IMG/VR virus record: IMGVR_UViG_3300035675_000010
Location: 1 to 49,795 of that record
Reading direction: 5' to 3' (one strand)
Length of the DNA stretch: 49,795 nucleotides
From: a virus
Taxonomy: Duplodnaviria; Caudoviricetes
Below the pieces are notes generated by a model. The model did not search any database and was not told where the DNA came from. It saw only the letters and a list, made by a program, of their open reading frames with translations. This document shows, one piece after another, positions 34,922 to 44,561 of the stretch. The stretch's first letter is position 1; each line of letters opens with the position of its first letter. Both the position numbers and the translations under genes were made by a program.

Positions 34922-36348
34922 ATCTGTTTTCTCCGCGGACGATACCAAGCCTGAACAGTCATGGTTCTTCCAGGTACAGCATAGGTATTGCCGTTCCAGA
35001 AAAAGATGATACGATGTACGCCTGTTGATTCTGGTACAGGAGTAACTTCTAGCCAAGGACCGTATCCGACAAAGTTATAAAGATTCCCGGCAGTTGTCCA
35101 TCCATCGGAATAGAGTCGCTCACCAATACCATCGTCAACAAGATATGCCTGATACCCCAAACCGTATGCATTCTGTAGTAGTTGTCTCCACTTATCCATT
35201 GGTGAGAACAGTATAAAGTCAACGTTCATCGAACCGGTACCTCCTGCACGTTGTACCGTAATATCAAATTGTTCGGGATAAGGTGTTCCACCAATCATTC
35301 TTACGGGAGGTAATTGAACGGCACCGAGGCATACGACATCGTACCCACTAGGACAAAGAATTTGTGGTCCCGACCAAAGTGTTGTAAGACCGGAGACAGC
35401 TGTTATCTTAGGTCGTAGATATACATCAGTGTAGATATTCCAAACTTTCGCGTAGATCATAAAGTAATTCGATCTAGCAGCCAACAGCGTTGTAGATGGG
35501 ATATCCCATCGACCGAGCGTTTGTTCGGTGGTACCAGTCCAGGATAGTGTTCTAAAATATCCCTCGCTATACAAAGTATAGTCTGGCGATCCTGGTCCTT
35601 GAGTTCCCATAGTTGTTGACTCGCCCTCAATAACATGAGTAAAGTTCGCAACATCGCTTTTGAACGTCATCCCGATATATACTCTGTTAATACGATCCGC
35701 GTTGTTGTACGTATTAGTCATCTTTAGTCGTATTCGCGAGGGCAGATCTCCGGTTAAGTCGGCGTTATCAATGTCCAAATAGTTATATCGATCAGTACCG
35801 CCACCATTTGAATCACGAGCGTTGTCTACCTGCTTGCCGCCTGTCCCCTTCGCTTGACCTGGATTATATAGAGACAACTCAGTTTCGGTTGACGCTTCCC
35901 AAAAATAGGCGCGCACAATGGTGACGTTAAAAATGACCTTCCCTTGACCTAAGTATAAGTCTAGCGCCTGAGGTTCAAGATCGGTTGTAACACTCTTCAA
36001 CTCGCTTCGCCAGTAAGCAGAGTCGCCGTCTGGCTGTACTTCGATGTACACAGGACTCTCGTTTGGAGCCTCTTGATAACGTCGTACTCTTTCCCACATC
36101 CGATTTAACTTTCGGATCGCAGTAGTGATCTGGCTCCAAGTACCGCTAACATAGAGATCTATTGACTCGGTTACATCGTCATAGGCCTGTGCAATCATGT
36201 CGGTACCATCGCGCGTGATCTTCGAGACAGTTAATGTACGTAGTTGAGGAGATAAGATATCATACTTGACTATCTTACCATCAGTCGTTCCATCGAACGT
36301 AACGGTTGTGGTTCCGTCGGTAAATCGTAGTTTACTAGCCATTGCCAC
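34918..36348 (-). CDS. Distal tail (Dit)-like protein, evolved type
   Basis: Follows tape measure; 476 aa; ends AWYRPR. Confidence 0.7.
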   Translation of the reverse strand: MAMASKLRFTDGTTTVTFDGTTDGKIVKYDILSPQLRTLTVSKITRDGTDMIAQAYDDVTESIDLYVSGTWSQITTAIRKLNRMWERVRRYQEAPNESPVYIEVQPDGDSAYWRSELKSVTTDLEPQALDLYLGQGKVIFNVTIVRAYFWEASTETELSLYNPGQAKGTGGKQVDNARDSNGGGTDRYNYLDIDNADLTGDLPSRIRLKMTNTYNNADRINRVYIGMTFKSDVANFTHVIEGESTTMGTQGPGSPDYTLYSEGYFRTLSWTGTTEQTLGRWDIPSTTLLAARSNYFMIYAKVWNIYTDVYLRPKITAVSGLTTLWSGPQILCPSGYDVVCLGAVQLPPVRMIGGTPYPEQFDITVQRAGGTGSMNVDFILFSPMDKWRQLLQNAYGLGYQAYLVDDGIGERLYSDGWTTAGNLYNFVGYGPWLEVTPVPESTGVHRIIFFWNGNTYAVPGRTMTVQAWYRPRRKQI

Positions 36349-39010
36349 GGTTCCTTTGTATCGAGCGCGCTATAGAGTATGCCATTCGATCAACGTCGAT
36401 GTTACTGTTGATGCTGTCAACATTCATTATTACCGTTACTCCTCCTACTCCACCCTCAGTACCGACTCCCTCAAATGCTGGAGCAGAAGCACCCAGTCGT
36501 CTAAACATCGCCGCAGTAGCAGGCAGTCGTTGACTAGTCATCACATCTAGTTGATTATTTATACCCATCAAACTCAACTCAAATGGTGAGGGCGAGTGAC
36601 CGATGATCCAATCGGGTAACTTAACGTTCTTGATCTTCTCGGTGAGATCTTTAATGAAGCCAACAACACCACTGATGATCTTAGAGATTGCGTCGAACTT
36701 ACTTCTAAAGTTCTCAAGCCATCCTCTAAGTGCGGTTTCAATAACAGGTCTGAGATGCTGGTCCCACCACTTTATAATGTCTTTAACTGCCGGCAAAATG
36801 ATGTTGTTCCAAAGATTTCCGAGAGCTTCAAACTTCTTGGTTACCTTATCACCGACAATATCTCCTATTTTTTCGAGTGCTGGTTTGAGATACGTGTTGA
36901 AAAGTCCGGCCAACACTTGCACTGCCAAACCGAAGACGGCACTAAGAAACTCGGCAACCGCTTGAAACAGTGGCCATAAGGTTCCGGAGATAAAACCCCA
37001 AACAGTTTGGAGTGCAGGTAGTAATGTATTCGTCCACAGTGAACTAAGGAAAGAGATTGCAGCACCAAGAACGGTACCGACAACGGTGGCAATAGTTTGA
37101 AGAATCGGAAGTATATTTGTTGCAAAGTAATTGTAGACGGCCATAGCCGCTGGCATCAAAGTGTTCGTCCAAAAGTTTGCCAACGTTTGTAATGCTAATG
37201 GAATGTTTGTACTCAACCATGCCCATAAGCTTGCTAGGACCGGGAAAAGCACAGTGCTTATCCAGTTCCACACAACTTGAATAGCTGGTAGTAGTACCGT
37301 ACTCCACACATTAGCAAGCCACGCAACGGCTATTGGTATATTGACCTGTAGCCAAGTCCAGATTTGCATGAGGACGGGTTGCAGCCATGCCCACACTACT
37401 GCGACCTTTTCTTGTATGCCTCCCCAGTTATTTTGCCAGGCAACGGCTAGCAACGCAATTGCACCTACGATAAGCATAATCGGCCACGCCGCACTAGAAA
37501 AGAGCATGCCGAGAGATCCCACAACCAACTTCAACGCACTAAAAGCTTTCCAGGCACCCAATAAGAAGTTCACTCCGTATTTGAATATACCGAAGAACAA
37601 TGCAATGCTTTGCCAGTTTCCCGCAAGAAACGTAATAATAGTTGTCACCGCTGGAAACAAAGTATTCGATATAAAGTTAGCTACTTTCCCTATAATGTTC
37701 GTAATAGTAGGGCCGTTGTCAATAAGCCAGGCAACAAAGTTTTGAAGCGGAGTGAAGATAAGATCAATCCAAGACGCCGCTTTCTCTCCTGTAGCCTGTT
37801 TGCCGAACGAGCTAAAGATCTTTCCGATCGTCTCAGATATCTTATCGCCATTTTGCACCCAGAATGTCTGAAGCCCAACAAAAGCCTTCTTTAAGTTATC
37901 GACAACTTCACCGACAACATAAGCTCCGGCATTCCAGGCTCTGGTGATGAACCTCCACATAGTTCCAACGGTATCTACAATCTGGCTGGCTTTCGTGGGT
38001 GGCATGAAGTATCCCAGAATCGCGCGCCACTTATTAGATGCCGATGATGAGAAGTTAATTAAGATATCCAAGCTCGCGAGAACTCTTTCGACGAACCGAG
38101 TAATGGGGATGGACATTTCTTGAAGCTTACCGCTCTCGCGAAACGCGATAAACTTGTTGAGTATGTCGTTTAAGAAAGTGGTAATCTTTTCAGCAGCCGG
38201 TCCAAACAACATGGGCATTGTTAGTACAAACACGTCGTGGAACGTCGACTTTAAACCGACTAAGGTACGTGCCATGCGTTCAGCCGCACCACCAAAGTTT
38301 ACATCCGCATACTGTGCGAAGTACTTTGTAAAGTCGCCCCACGAAATTTTTCCCTCGTTAATCGCCTTATTAAAGTCAAGGTGTGTTTTAATCTCGACTC
38401 CCATTTGCTTTCCAACGTACTTAAGTACGCCCATGAGGTCGAAACCTGCTAGTGCTAATTGACGAATATCAAGTGCCGTGACCTTGCCTTGTAAACGAAC
38501 TTGTGCAAGGTTATAGGCCATACGGTCCAACATACTATTATCCGCACCAATACCAGCAGCATTTTGTAGTAGTGCATTTGTAAGAGTCATGGCTTCGTCG
38601 GTTGTAAATCCGAACGCCATGGCCATCTTATAGGTTTGTGTTACCGACTCTACAGTATAAGGAGATAAGATAGCAATGTCTTGCAATCGGGCAAGAAGTT
38701 CGTCCCCCTTTATTGATGCTTTGTCCCAAGCATCAGCAATAGATGTAGCAGCGCCTGTCTGAACCATCTCTCTCGCGGAGAGTTGGGTCAGCGCCAGATC
38801 CATTTGCTGCATATATGCCACAGCTTCGACAGTCGACGAAACAATCGAGGCAATGCCAGATGCAATGCGCTCGAATACCATCGCACCAACGATGGCTGTG
38901 GCATATTGCAGAATGGAACCAAATCCAGCTGTGATGCGTTTGAAGAGACTGCCGGTCTGATCGTGACCAACAACCTCCAAAATCATGCGGTAAATACCGT
39001 ATACGGGCAT
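36335..39010 (-). CDS. Tape measure protein
   Basis: 891 aa; SPYTVESV, GKVTALDIRQL; Trp-periodic helical repeats; GHSPS. Confidence 0.93.
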   Translation of the reverse strand: MPVYGIYRMILEVVGHDQTGSLFKRITAGFGSILQYATAIVGAMVFERIASGIASIVSSTVEAVAYMQQMDLALTQLSAREMVQTGAATSIADAWDKASIKGDELLARLQDIAILSPYTVESVTQTYKMAMAFGFTTDEAMTLTNALLQNAAGIGADNSMLDRMAYNLAQVRLQGKVTALDIRQLALAGFDLMGVLKYVGKQMGVEIKTHLDFNKAINEGKISWGDFTKYFAQYADVNFGGAAERMARTLVGLKSTFHDVFVLTMPMLFGPAAEKITTFLNDILNKFIAFRESGKLQEMSIPITRFVERVLASLDILINFSSSASNKWRAILGYFMPPTKASQIVDTVGTMWRFITRAWNAGAYVVGEVVDNLKKAFVGLQTFWVQNGDKISETIGKIFSSFGKQATGEKAASWIDLIFTPLQNFVAWLIDNGPTITNIIGKVANFISNTLFPAVTTIITFLAGNWQSIALFFGIFKYGVNFLLGAWKAFSALKLVVGSLGMLFSSAAWPIMLIVGAIALLAVAWQNNWGGIQEKVAVVWAWLQPVLMQIWTWLQVNIPIAVAWLANVWSTVLLPAIQVVWNWISTVLFPVLASLWAWLSTNIPLALQTLANFWTNTLMPAAMAVYNYFATNILPILQTIATVVGTVLGAAISFLSSLWTNTLLPALQTVWGFISGTLWPLFQAVAEFLSAVFGLAVQVLAGLFNTYLKPALEKIGDIVGDKVTKKFEALGNLWNNIILPAVKDIIKWWDQHLRPVIETALRGWLENFRSKFDAISKIISGVVGFIKDLTEKIKNVKLPDWIIGHSPSPFELSLMGINNQLDVMTSQRLPATAAMFRRLGASAPAFEGVGTEGGVGGVTVIMNVDSINSNIDVDRMAYSIARSIQRNRGNG

Positions 39011-39012
39011 GA

Positions 39013-39563
39013 CTACCTCCGCTTCCCTGCACGCGGTGTACTTGGGCTACCAGATTTATGTGCTCTGGCCTCTTGCACTTGTGCTTCTTCGTCTATCAAT
39101 GCAAGATGTGCCATCACAACCTTGAAGTCTTCTTTGTGCAGTTGGCTAGGTGTGCAGTGATACACATCTCTACAAAGTATTAGCTCAATATACTCGAGCG
39201 GGGGCTCGCCTACACGCGCCCAAAGATACTTGGCGAGCCCTAGCTTGAGTTTTTTGCTTGAGCCTTACCTGTAATTTGCTCTACCAACCACATGATCTCA
39301 TTGGTCAGCAGGCTCTCGATCACGAGGCCTTTGGAAGGAAGAGGTAGAAGGTCGCCGTTATCATCGACCCAATTCCATTCAACAACGGCATCCTTAAGCA
39401 GACGCTCAGTGAAGTCCTTTTCTTCATCAGGTTTGGTTTTCCCCTCGCCTTTCTTCATTGCTTCGAGGACCATACCGAAACTCATCTGATGAAAGACTAC
39501 ATAGCTATCTTCACCTTGAATCTCTTCGCTACCGACCTTAAACGTGCTTTTTCTTGAAGCCAT
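39013..39563 (-). CDS. Tail assembly chaperone, long form via -1 frameshift
   Basis: A AAA AAC at 39255-39249; -1 frame is open to TAG at 39013 (KLGLAKYLWARVGEPPLEYIELILCRDVYHCTPSQL...). Confidence 0.85.
39240..39563 (-). CDS. Tail assembly chaperone, short form
   Basis: Between tail tube and TMP; VVEWNWVDDNGDLLP. Confidence 0.85.
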   Translation of the reverse strand: MASRKSTFKVGSEEIQGEDSYVVFHQMSFGMVLEAMKKGEGKTKPDEEKDFTERLLKDAVVEWNWVDDNGDLLPLPSKGLVIESLLTNEIMWLVEQITGKAQAKNSS

Positions 39564-39573
39564 TTAGCACCTC

Positions 39574-40023
39574 TTATGCGACAGTCGACTCAGTGATGGT
39601 TGTGCATTTGATCTTGGTGGTAATCAATACCGGGTCACCACTGCCTGCCTCACCTTTAGGATAGGGCGGATCAGTCACGATACCGACACTAGAGGTAAAC
39701 ATCTTGTTACCAGAAGTGCCGCCCTTAGGAGACCACCGAACGTACAGATCCGAACCGGCTTCGTATGCAGTTTTAGTCATAGCATACGCCTCGTTCGTGG
39801 CTTCTGTATAGATTGATTCGATCGTGATCTCGTAAGATTCGGCTTTACCTCGGCGGACAATAGCATTTAACCCATCAAAGGTGTATGCTTCACCAGTAGC
39901 ACGAGCACCACCACCAACATCGATTGTGCTCGCCATACCAGAGACATCCGTCCAAGAAGAACCGTTAGCAGAAAACTCAACCTTGCAGTTGACAAAACTA
40001 ATTCCACCAGTTGTCTGGGTCAT
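39574..40023 (-). CDS. Major tail tube protein
   Basis: SWTDVSG, VRWSPKG; position before chaperone. Confidence 0.75.
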   Translation of the reverse strand: MTQTTGGISFVNCKVEFSANGSSWTDVSGMASTIDVGGGARATGEAYTFDGLNAIVRRGKAESYEITIESIYTEATNEAYAMTKTAYEAGSDLYVRWSPKGGTSGNKMFTSSVGIVTDPPYPKGEAGSGDPVLITTKIKCTTITESTVA

Positions 40024-40035
40024 AAGGTCTCTCCT

Positions 40036-40380
40036 TTAGTAGGGCAATGAGAATACGGCGATAGTGACACTTGCCACTTGACTAAAGTCAATATACACCG
40101 AGCCATCGCTCTGATTAAAAACTTCAGGGGGGAACCAAGTGATCATTCTATCACCCGTGGTGATAGGAACAGTTACTGCACGTGCTGTAATTGTCTCACC
40201 TTGTGCCTTCCCTGGAGTCTGGAAGGTAGCGACACAAGCTGTACCTCCAGCGTTTTTGATCTCTACCACTATGGGATTGCCGGAGTTCGGGAAGCTCATA
40301 CCGTCCACGTGTGCAGCAATAAACGTAGGAGCAACACCAGCACCAGTGATGGGTTGAACAGTCAGTGCATCTCGAGCCAT
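40036..40380 (-). CDS. Virion structural protein (beta-rich)
   Basis: Position in neck/tail operon. Confidence 0.6.
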   Translation of the reverse strand: MARDALTVQPITGAGVAPTFIAAHVDGMSFPNSGNPIVVEIKNAGGTACVATFQTPGKAQGETITARAVTVPITTGDRMITWFPPEVFNQSDGSVYIDFSQVASVTIAVFSLPY

Positions 40381-40382
40381 GG

Positions 40383-40577
40383 TTACCCTTCCTCAGCCGG
40401 AGTAGTTTCAGTAAGAACCTTTTTCTTCTTCTCGTCGACTAGTTCAATAGCTCCAGCTTCTAGAAGAGCTCCTATCCCTATGCCATCGAGATGAGAAAGG
40501 TCAACCGTCTCTCCAGGCTCATAGTACTTGTTGTCTTTGGTGTGCCAAATTTTGGTCACCACTTTGAATGTACTCAT
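40383..40577 (-). CDS. Small virion-associated protein
   Basis: YEPGETVDL...LLEAGAIE motif. Confidence 0.6.
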   Translation of the reverse strand: MSTFKVVTKIWHTKDNKYYEPGETVDLSHLDGIGIGALLEAGAIELVDEKKKKVLTETTPAEEG

Positions 40578-41005
40578 AGTACCTCCATTACGAGTGGTAT
40601 CGCTTCGTATAGATATGCGACACCGCCTATCGTAACTTTGCTAACAGCACTCATCGTATCGTAACTCAACGAGTTCCAACAATTTCCTGTCGGATTATCG
40701 GACACAATTGAAGCAATGTCTGCTTCTAGAGCGTCCATAGTATTCTCTGCGTCTTCTTCCGTCCATGGCGGAACTGCAGTAGGATCGGCATAGAGGATAA
40801 ACGTCTCTACAATGAAGTGAAACGTCGTCTTTACACCTCTCATCGTCATTCGAGGTCTCTCAGATGCGAAACCCGTAACAACAACGATCGGAGACTCGCC
40901 ACCAAAGTCGCTTGGTAAGTAGCTATACACATGTTGTGCAATAGTCGACCTTGCTCTGATAAGAGATGCAAGCGCTTCTCGTGACTCGCGACGACTATAT
41001 GTCAT
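40574..41005 (-). CDS. Tail terminator-like protein
   Basis: Position and size; SPIVVV motif. Confidence 0.6.
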   Translation of the reverse strand: MTYSRRESREALASLIRARSTIAQHVYSYLPSDFGGESPIVVVTGFASERPRMTMRGVKTTFHFIVETFILYADPTAVPPWTEEDAENTMDALEADIASIVSDNPTGNCWNSLSYDTMSAVSKVTIGGVAYLYEAIPLVMEVL

Positions 41006-41418
41006 TGATGGACTCCTCCGGGCATTCTACCCATATATGCCGCAACACCTCGCCTAACAACAGACTCACCAAATTCATCTAATGTACGTTGATAAAAAGC
41101 GTGTGATCCGCCACGAGCATGTTCTGCTGCCGCATACGATGCAACTGATCGAGCAGGTCTCCGTGCACGATGTTGCATAACGTTCGGATCAACGAAAACC
41201 TCACCACGCTGGTGATTTGCATCGTAGTCAACACGATGTGAGCTTGCTAACGCACCCGTATATATGTGTGTTATTGCTTCCGCGTAGTCACGCATCTCTT
41301 CAAGCGTTTCTCTTACAAGTTGAGAGAACGCACCTCGTTGGATAGTTTGAAAATCTTCTATCTCACGACGAAGAGAGGCATAGTTTCGAATCCGAACACG
41401 TATGATTGGTTGAGCCAT
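41002..41418 (-). CDS. HK97 gp10-like tail completion protein
   Basis: TGALASS, YAAAEH..G...FYQRT. Confidence 0.7.
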   Translation of the reverse strand: MAQPIIRVRIRNYASLRREIEDFQTIQRGAFSQLVRETLEEMRDYAEAITHIYTGALASSHRVDYDANHQRGEVFVDPNVMQHRARRPARSVASYAAAEHARGGSHAFYQRTLDEFGESVVRRGVAAYMGRMPGGVHQ

Positions 41419-41753
41419 TATCTCTTTAGATCCTCAACGTACAGATGTAGAAACATGGTGTCTTTCCATTTCCACTCCCCAACAGCCTTTACAGGATACT
41501 CAGTACCGCCTGACGTAACAAGAATATCACCGGCAAGAATGTCGGCCTCTTGCATGACAAACGTCTGAAGTATTTCGTGAGGAGTTTCAATGACGAGCCG
41601 GAACCGAACCTCGGGATCTATAGGATCAAGAGGCGTGCACCGTATGTTGGTAAGGAATACAGTAGGAGTACCACGTTTACCTCCAACGGTAACGGGCGGC
41701 CTCTTGAAACTTACGATCTCGGTAGCAAGCCTTTCGGCTCCGGCTACACTCAT
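41418..41753 (-). CDS. Head closure/stopper-like protein
   Basis: DILAGDILV..GTEYPV; position. Confidence 0.65.
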   Translation of the reverse strand: MSVAGAERLATEIVSFKRPPVTVGGKRGTPTVFLTNIRCTPLDPIDPEVRFRLVIETPHEILQTFVMQEADILAGDILVTSGGTEYPVKAVGEWKWKDTMFLHLYVEDLKR

Positions 41754-42118
41754 GACGCAGCCTCCGAGTAACCATCTTCACGTACCAACCCAACAGCAAA
41801 GGCAGTATTCGCACCTCCGCCACCGAATTGACTTCGGAAGCTTGAGGCCATTGCACCATACCGCTTCGACACCCCTGAAAGAGTTTCCTTTCGGGGACCG
41901 ACCGTAACATCAGCAATACGAGCCCACTCGATTGAAAGAACCTCACAAACAGCAGCGACAGCTCGATGCCAGTCGCTATCTTCTTGTGTAAGAAGTAAAG
42001 TGAGCTCTTCATCGCTAAAGTTGGATCCATCGACTCTTACCCCCGCTCCTTCAGTGACGTCGCCAGTATAGAGCCGAATCTTACCAATGTCGTTGTTGAT
42101 TGCATACGTGAACGTCAT
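41750..42118 (-). CDS. Head-tail adaptor
   Basis: IRLYTGD...FSDEEL. Confidence 0.75.
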   Translation of the reverse strand: MTFTYAINNDIGKIRLYTGDVTEGAGVRVDGSNFSDEELTLLLTQEDSDWHRAVAAVCEVLSIEWARIADVTVGPRKETLSGVSKRYGAMASSFRSQFGGGGANTAFAVGLVREDGYSEAAS

Positions 42119-42120
42119 GG

Positions 42121-42408
42121 TTACACCTCTTCAGCTTCGGCCTTAGCCTTAGCTTTAGCACGGCTAGCCTTTGTGGGGTAGCCTTCAGGCTCAGTCTCGA
42201 TTACAATCACGGTCGCAGCCTCAACCTTTACTTCTTCAGCTGCTTCGGCTGCTTCGGCTTTGAGAAGTTTCTTCATGCAAGCCTTATGACCGGCTACACC
42301 AGATCGTGCACCGTCAACATGCTCTGCGAACCATGTTTTTTCTTCGATCGGTTTTCCACAAACAGAGCATGTATTCGGCAATCCAACAGATGTCTCGATG
42401 AGTTCCAT
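42121..42408 (-). CDS. Hypothetical protein with CxxC..HxxC and Ala/Lys/Glu tail
   Basis: CSVCGKPI, GHKAC; follows MCP. Confidence 0.6.
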   Translation of the reverse strand: MELIETSVGLPNTCSVCGKPIEEKTWFAEHVDGARSGVAGHKACMKKLLKAEAAEAAEEVKVEAATVIVIETEPEGYPTKASRAKAKAKAEAEEV

Positions 42409-42420
42409 ACAGCACCTCTA

Positions 42421-43509
42421 TTACGTGATAGTCGGATCCACGTAGCTACCCGAGGCATAGGCGTAGTTGGCAACACCAGCAACACGATTGCCAACACCAA
42501 TACCAAAGGTAAAGTATGCGATCGCATCTTGCAACGGGAACTGCTGAATGGTTCCAACCAGGGTCAAGCCTAAAGGATAACCCTCTTCGGTTCGAACAAG
42601 TAATGGAGCACCTGGATTATTGAAGCCGGCGGGCTTGAATGCACCGCTATACTTAGTCGGCAGACGAGGTTCTGGACGTACACGGAACCAACCATCTTGA
42701 ACCTCCAAGATACCGATGTATATTTCTTCTGGTACGATCGCCCGAGATTCAACACCGGCGGTTGTCAACCAGTCACGATACGGCTTCTTGAACTCGGTCT
42801 GTGCAGCCCAGTCTCCCTTATCGGCTTCTGCAACGATTAGATCCCATGGAGGATTGATGCCGTGCTCGAGCAGATGAGCAGACATTGCTTTCAGAGCCGC
42901 AGTGCGGCCGGCGGCGTCGTCTGCGTTGCGCAGGAAGTGATTGTGCGTATAGAGGAAGTTACGCCCCATATACGATGGAGGAATATATGCCGCATCAGCG
43001 GTACCACCATCAGCGAATGGAACAGACTTTCCAGACGTCGCAATCGTTTCCGCAGCAGAAGTGAACATGCGTGTTAAGACACGATTCTGCCACAGATTGG
43101 TACCACGTTGGATTAGGCGGGCAATATCACGATCGATCCTGGTCATGTTGCCGCGACGCAGCGCCATGTAGGTCCAACCTAATGCGCCACCATAATCGTG
43201 CAACGGTAGCATGTGCCCGGTGAAATCGCCGTAGATCGGGTCCGGACGTGCATATTCCGAAACTTCCGCAAGTACGGCAGACTCACCACCAACATCGTAC
43301 TCGAAGTTTATGTCTGTGGTTGTTTGAATGTACTGAGCCAAGTAACCCTGGGAGAGGCTCCGATTGAACAGGCTGATTGCAGTGCCTATGCGGCGTACAA
43401 CAGCGTCGAAGGTCGTACCGTCCGCCAGTTCCCACTTCTTCAAGTAGGTCAGGTCCCAGATGGTCGGTAGACGCAAGATAGTTTTGAGGTCAGAGTATCC
43501 AAGAGGCAT
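42421..43509 (-). CDS. Major capsid protein (HK97 fold inferred)
   Basis: 362 aa; strong RBS; position after scaffold and decoration genes. Confidence 0.8.
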   Translation of the reverse strand: MPLGYSDLKTILRLPTIWDLTYLKKWELADGTTFDAVVRRIGTAISLFNRSLSQGYLAQYIQTTTDINFEYDVGGESAVLAEVSEYARPDPIYGDFTGHMLPLHDYGGALGWTYMALRRGNMTRIDRDIARLIQRGTNLWQNRVLTRMFTSAAETIATSGKSVPFADGGTADAAYIPPSYMGRNFLYTHNHFLRNADDAAGRTAALKAMSAHLLEHGINPPWDLIVAEADKGDWAAQTEFKKPYRDWLTTAGVESRAIVPEEIYIGILEVQDGWFRVRPEPRLPTKYSGAFKPAGFNNPGAPLLVRTEEGYPLGLTLVGTIQQFPLQDAIAYFTFGIGVGNRVAGVANYAYASGSYVDPTIT

Positions 43510-43520
43510 GATGGGCTCCT

Positions 43521-43916
43521 TTACATCTCACTAGTGATTAGGAAGATGTCGGCAGCAAGTGCGATGCCCATAACTTTGGTTACGGTGCCGGCTGCAGTGT
43601 CAAGCTTTCCAGCTGTGTCACTTACATAATGGCGGTTACCGGGGGTCATGCTAGTCCCTACGGTAACGGGTCCAAAGTACGCAACGCTTACAGTTTCACC
43701 GGATGCGGCTGCCGTAGCACCAAAGGTGCCACAAGAAACCACAATACCGACTGCATTAGCGGTACCAGCGGCACCACCATTCGATTGCTGAACCTTGCCA
43801 TTGCTATCAACGTAGACAAGATCGCCCGCGTTGACAGTTCCACCCGCAACAAAGTCACGAATTAATGCCCCGGGGAGAGGTTTGACCCTTACAGCAGTTA
43901 CAGTAATAGCGGTCAT
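43521..43916 (-). CDS. Capsid decoration/cement protein
   Basis: AGGTVNAGDLVYV, AVGIV, YVSDTAG; Gly/Ala-rich. Confidence 0.75.
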   Translation of the reverse strand: MTAITVTAVRVKPLPGALIRDFVAGGTVNAGDLVYVDSNGKVQQSNGGAAGTANAVGIVVSCGTFGATAAASGETVSVAYFGPVTVGTSMTPGNRHYVSDTAGKLDTAAGTVTKVMGIALAADIFLITSEM

Positions 43917-43928
43917 TGCAAAATCTCC

Positions 43929-44561
43929 TTAGGTTTTAATATTGAACCGCTTAGCCACTTCGGCTTCTTCTTCAGCGGTCACGATGACATCCGAGGCACC
44001 TTTCTTAGTCGCATCAGTACTCGTTGCATTAGGTGTTTCGGCTTTGCGAAACAAGTAAGGGCGAGTTTTAGCCAAGTCCTTCAACGCCGCAGCGATATCC
44101 TCGTCGTCAAATCCTTCATCCAAAGACGCTTGAACACGACCAACAGCATCGTCTAGAGCCTCTTCGGAATAGAACGGTAACTTCAACGTCGCAGCAGCCG
44201 AACGAATTGTGCCACGCAACTTAAGACCGGCATTCTCGGCTTGGAGAGTAGTAAGCTGTTGTGATAGCTTATCCATCTCCTGTTGAAGCTTCTCAGCCTC
44301 TTTTTCCTTCTCGCCCGCTTCACCAGGCTTCTGGGTCGACGACTCTTTGAGGGCTTTAAGTTCAAGGCGTCGTTTTGCTGATTCGCGATTCGCTCTTTTT
44401 AGAGCAATGCGAACACTCTCTAACTCTTCCTTGAGTTCCTCTAAACTCATCTCACCATCGCCACTCGCACCCTCGGCACTCTCGGTCGTTTTAGTTTCTT
44501 CAACGTCGAGGTCACCTTCAGGTTCAGTGACATCTGTTTCACTACTCGGTTGTTGACTCAT
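43929..44561 (-). CDS. Capsid scaffolding protein
   Basis: Acidic N-terminus, coiled coil, ANRESAKRR, RPYLF. Confidence 0.82.
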   Translation of the reverse strand: MSQQPSSETDVTEPEGDLDVEETKTTESAEGASGDGEMSLEELKEELESVRIALKRANRESAKRRLELKALKESSTQKPGEAGEKEKEAEKLQQEMDKLSQQLTTLQAENAGLKLRGTIRSAAATLKLPFYSEEALDDAVGRVQASLDEGFDDEDIAAALKDLAKTRPYLFRKAETPNATSTDATKKGASDVIVTAEEEAEVAKRFNIKT

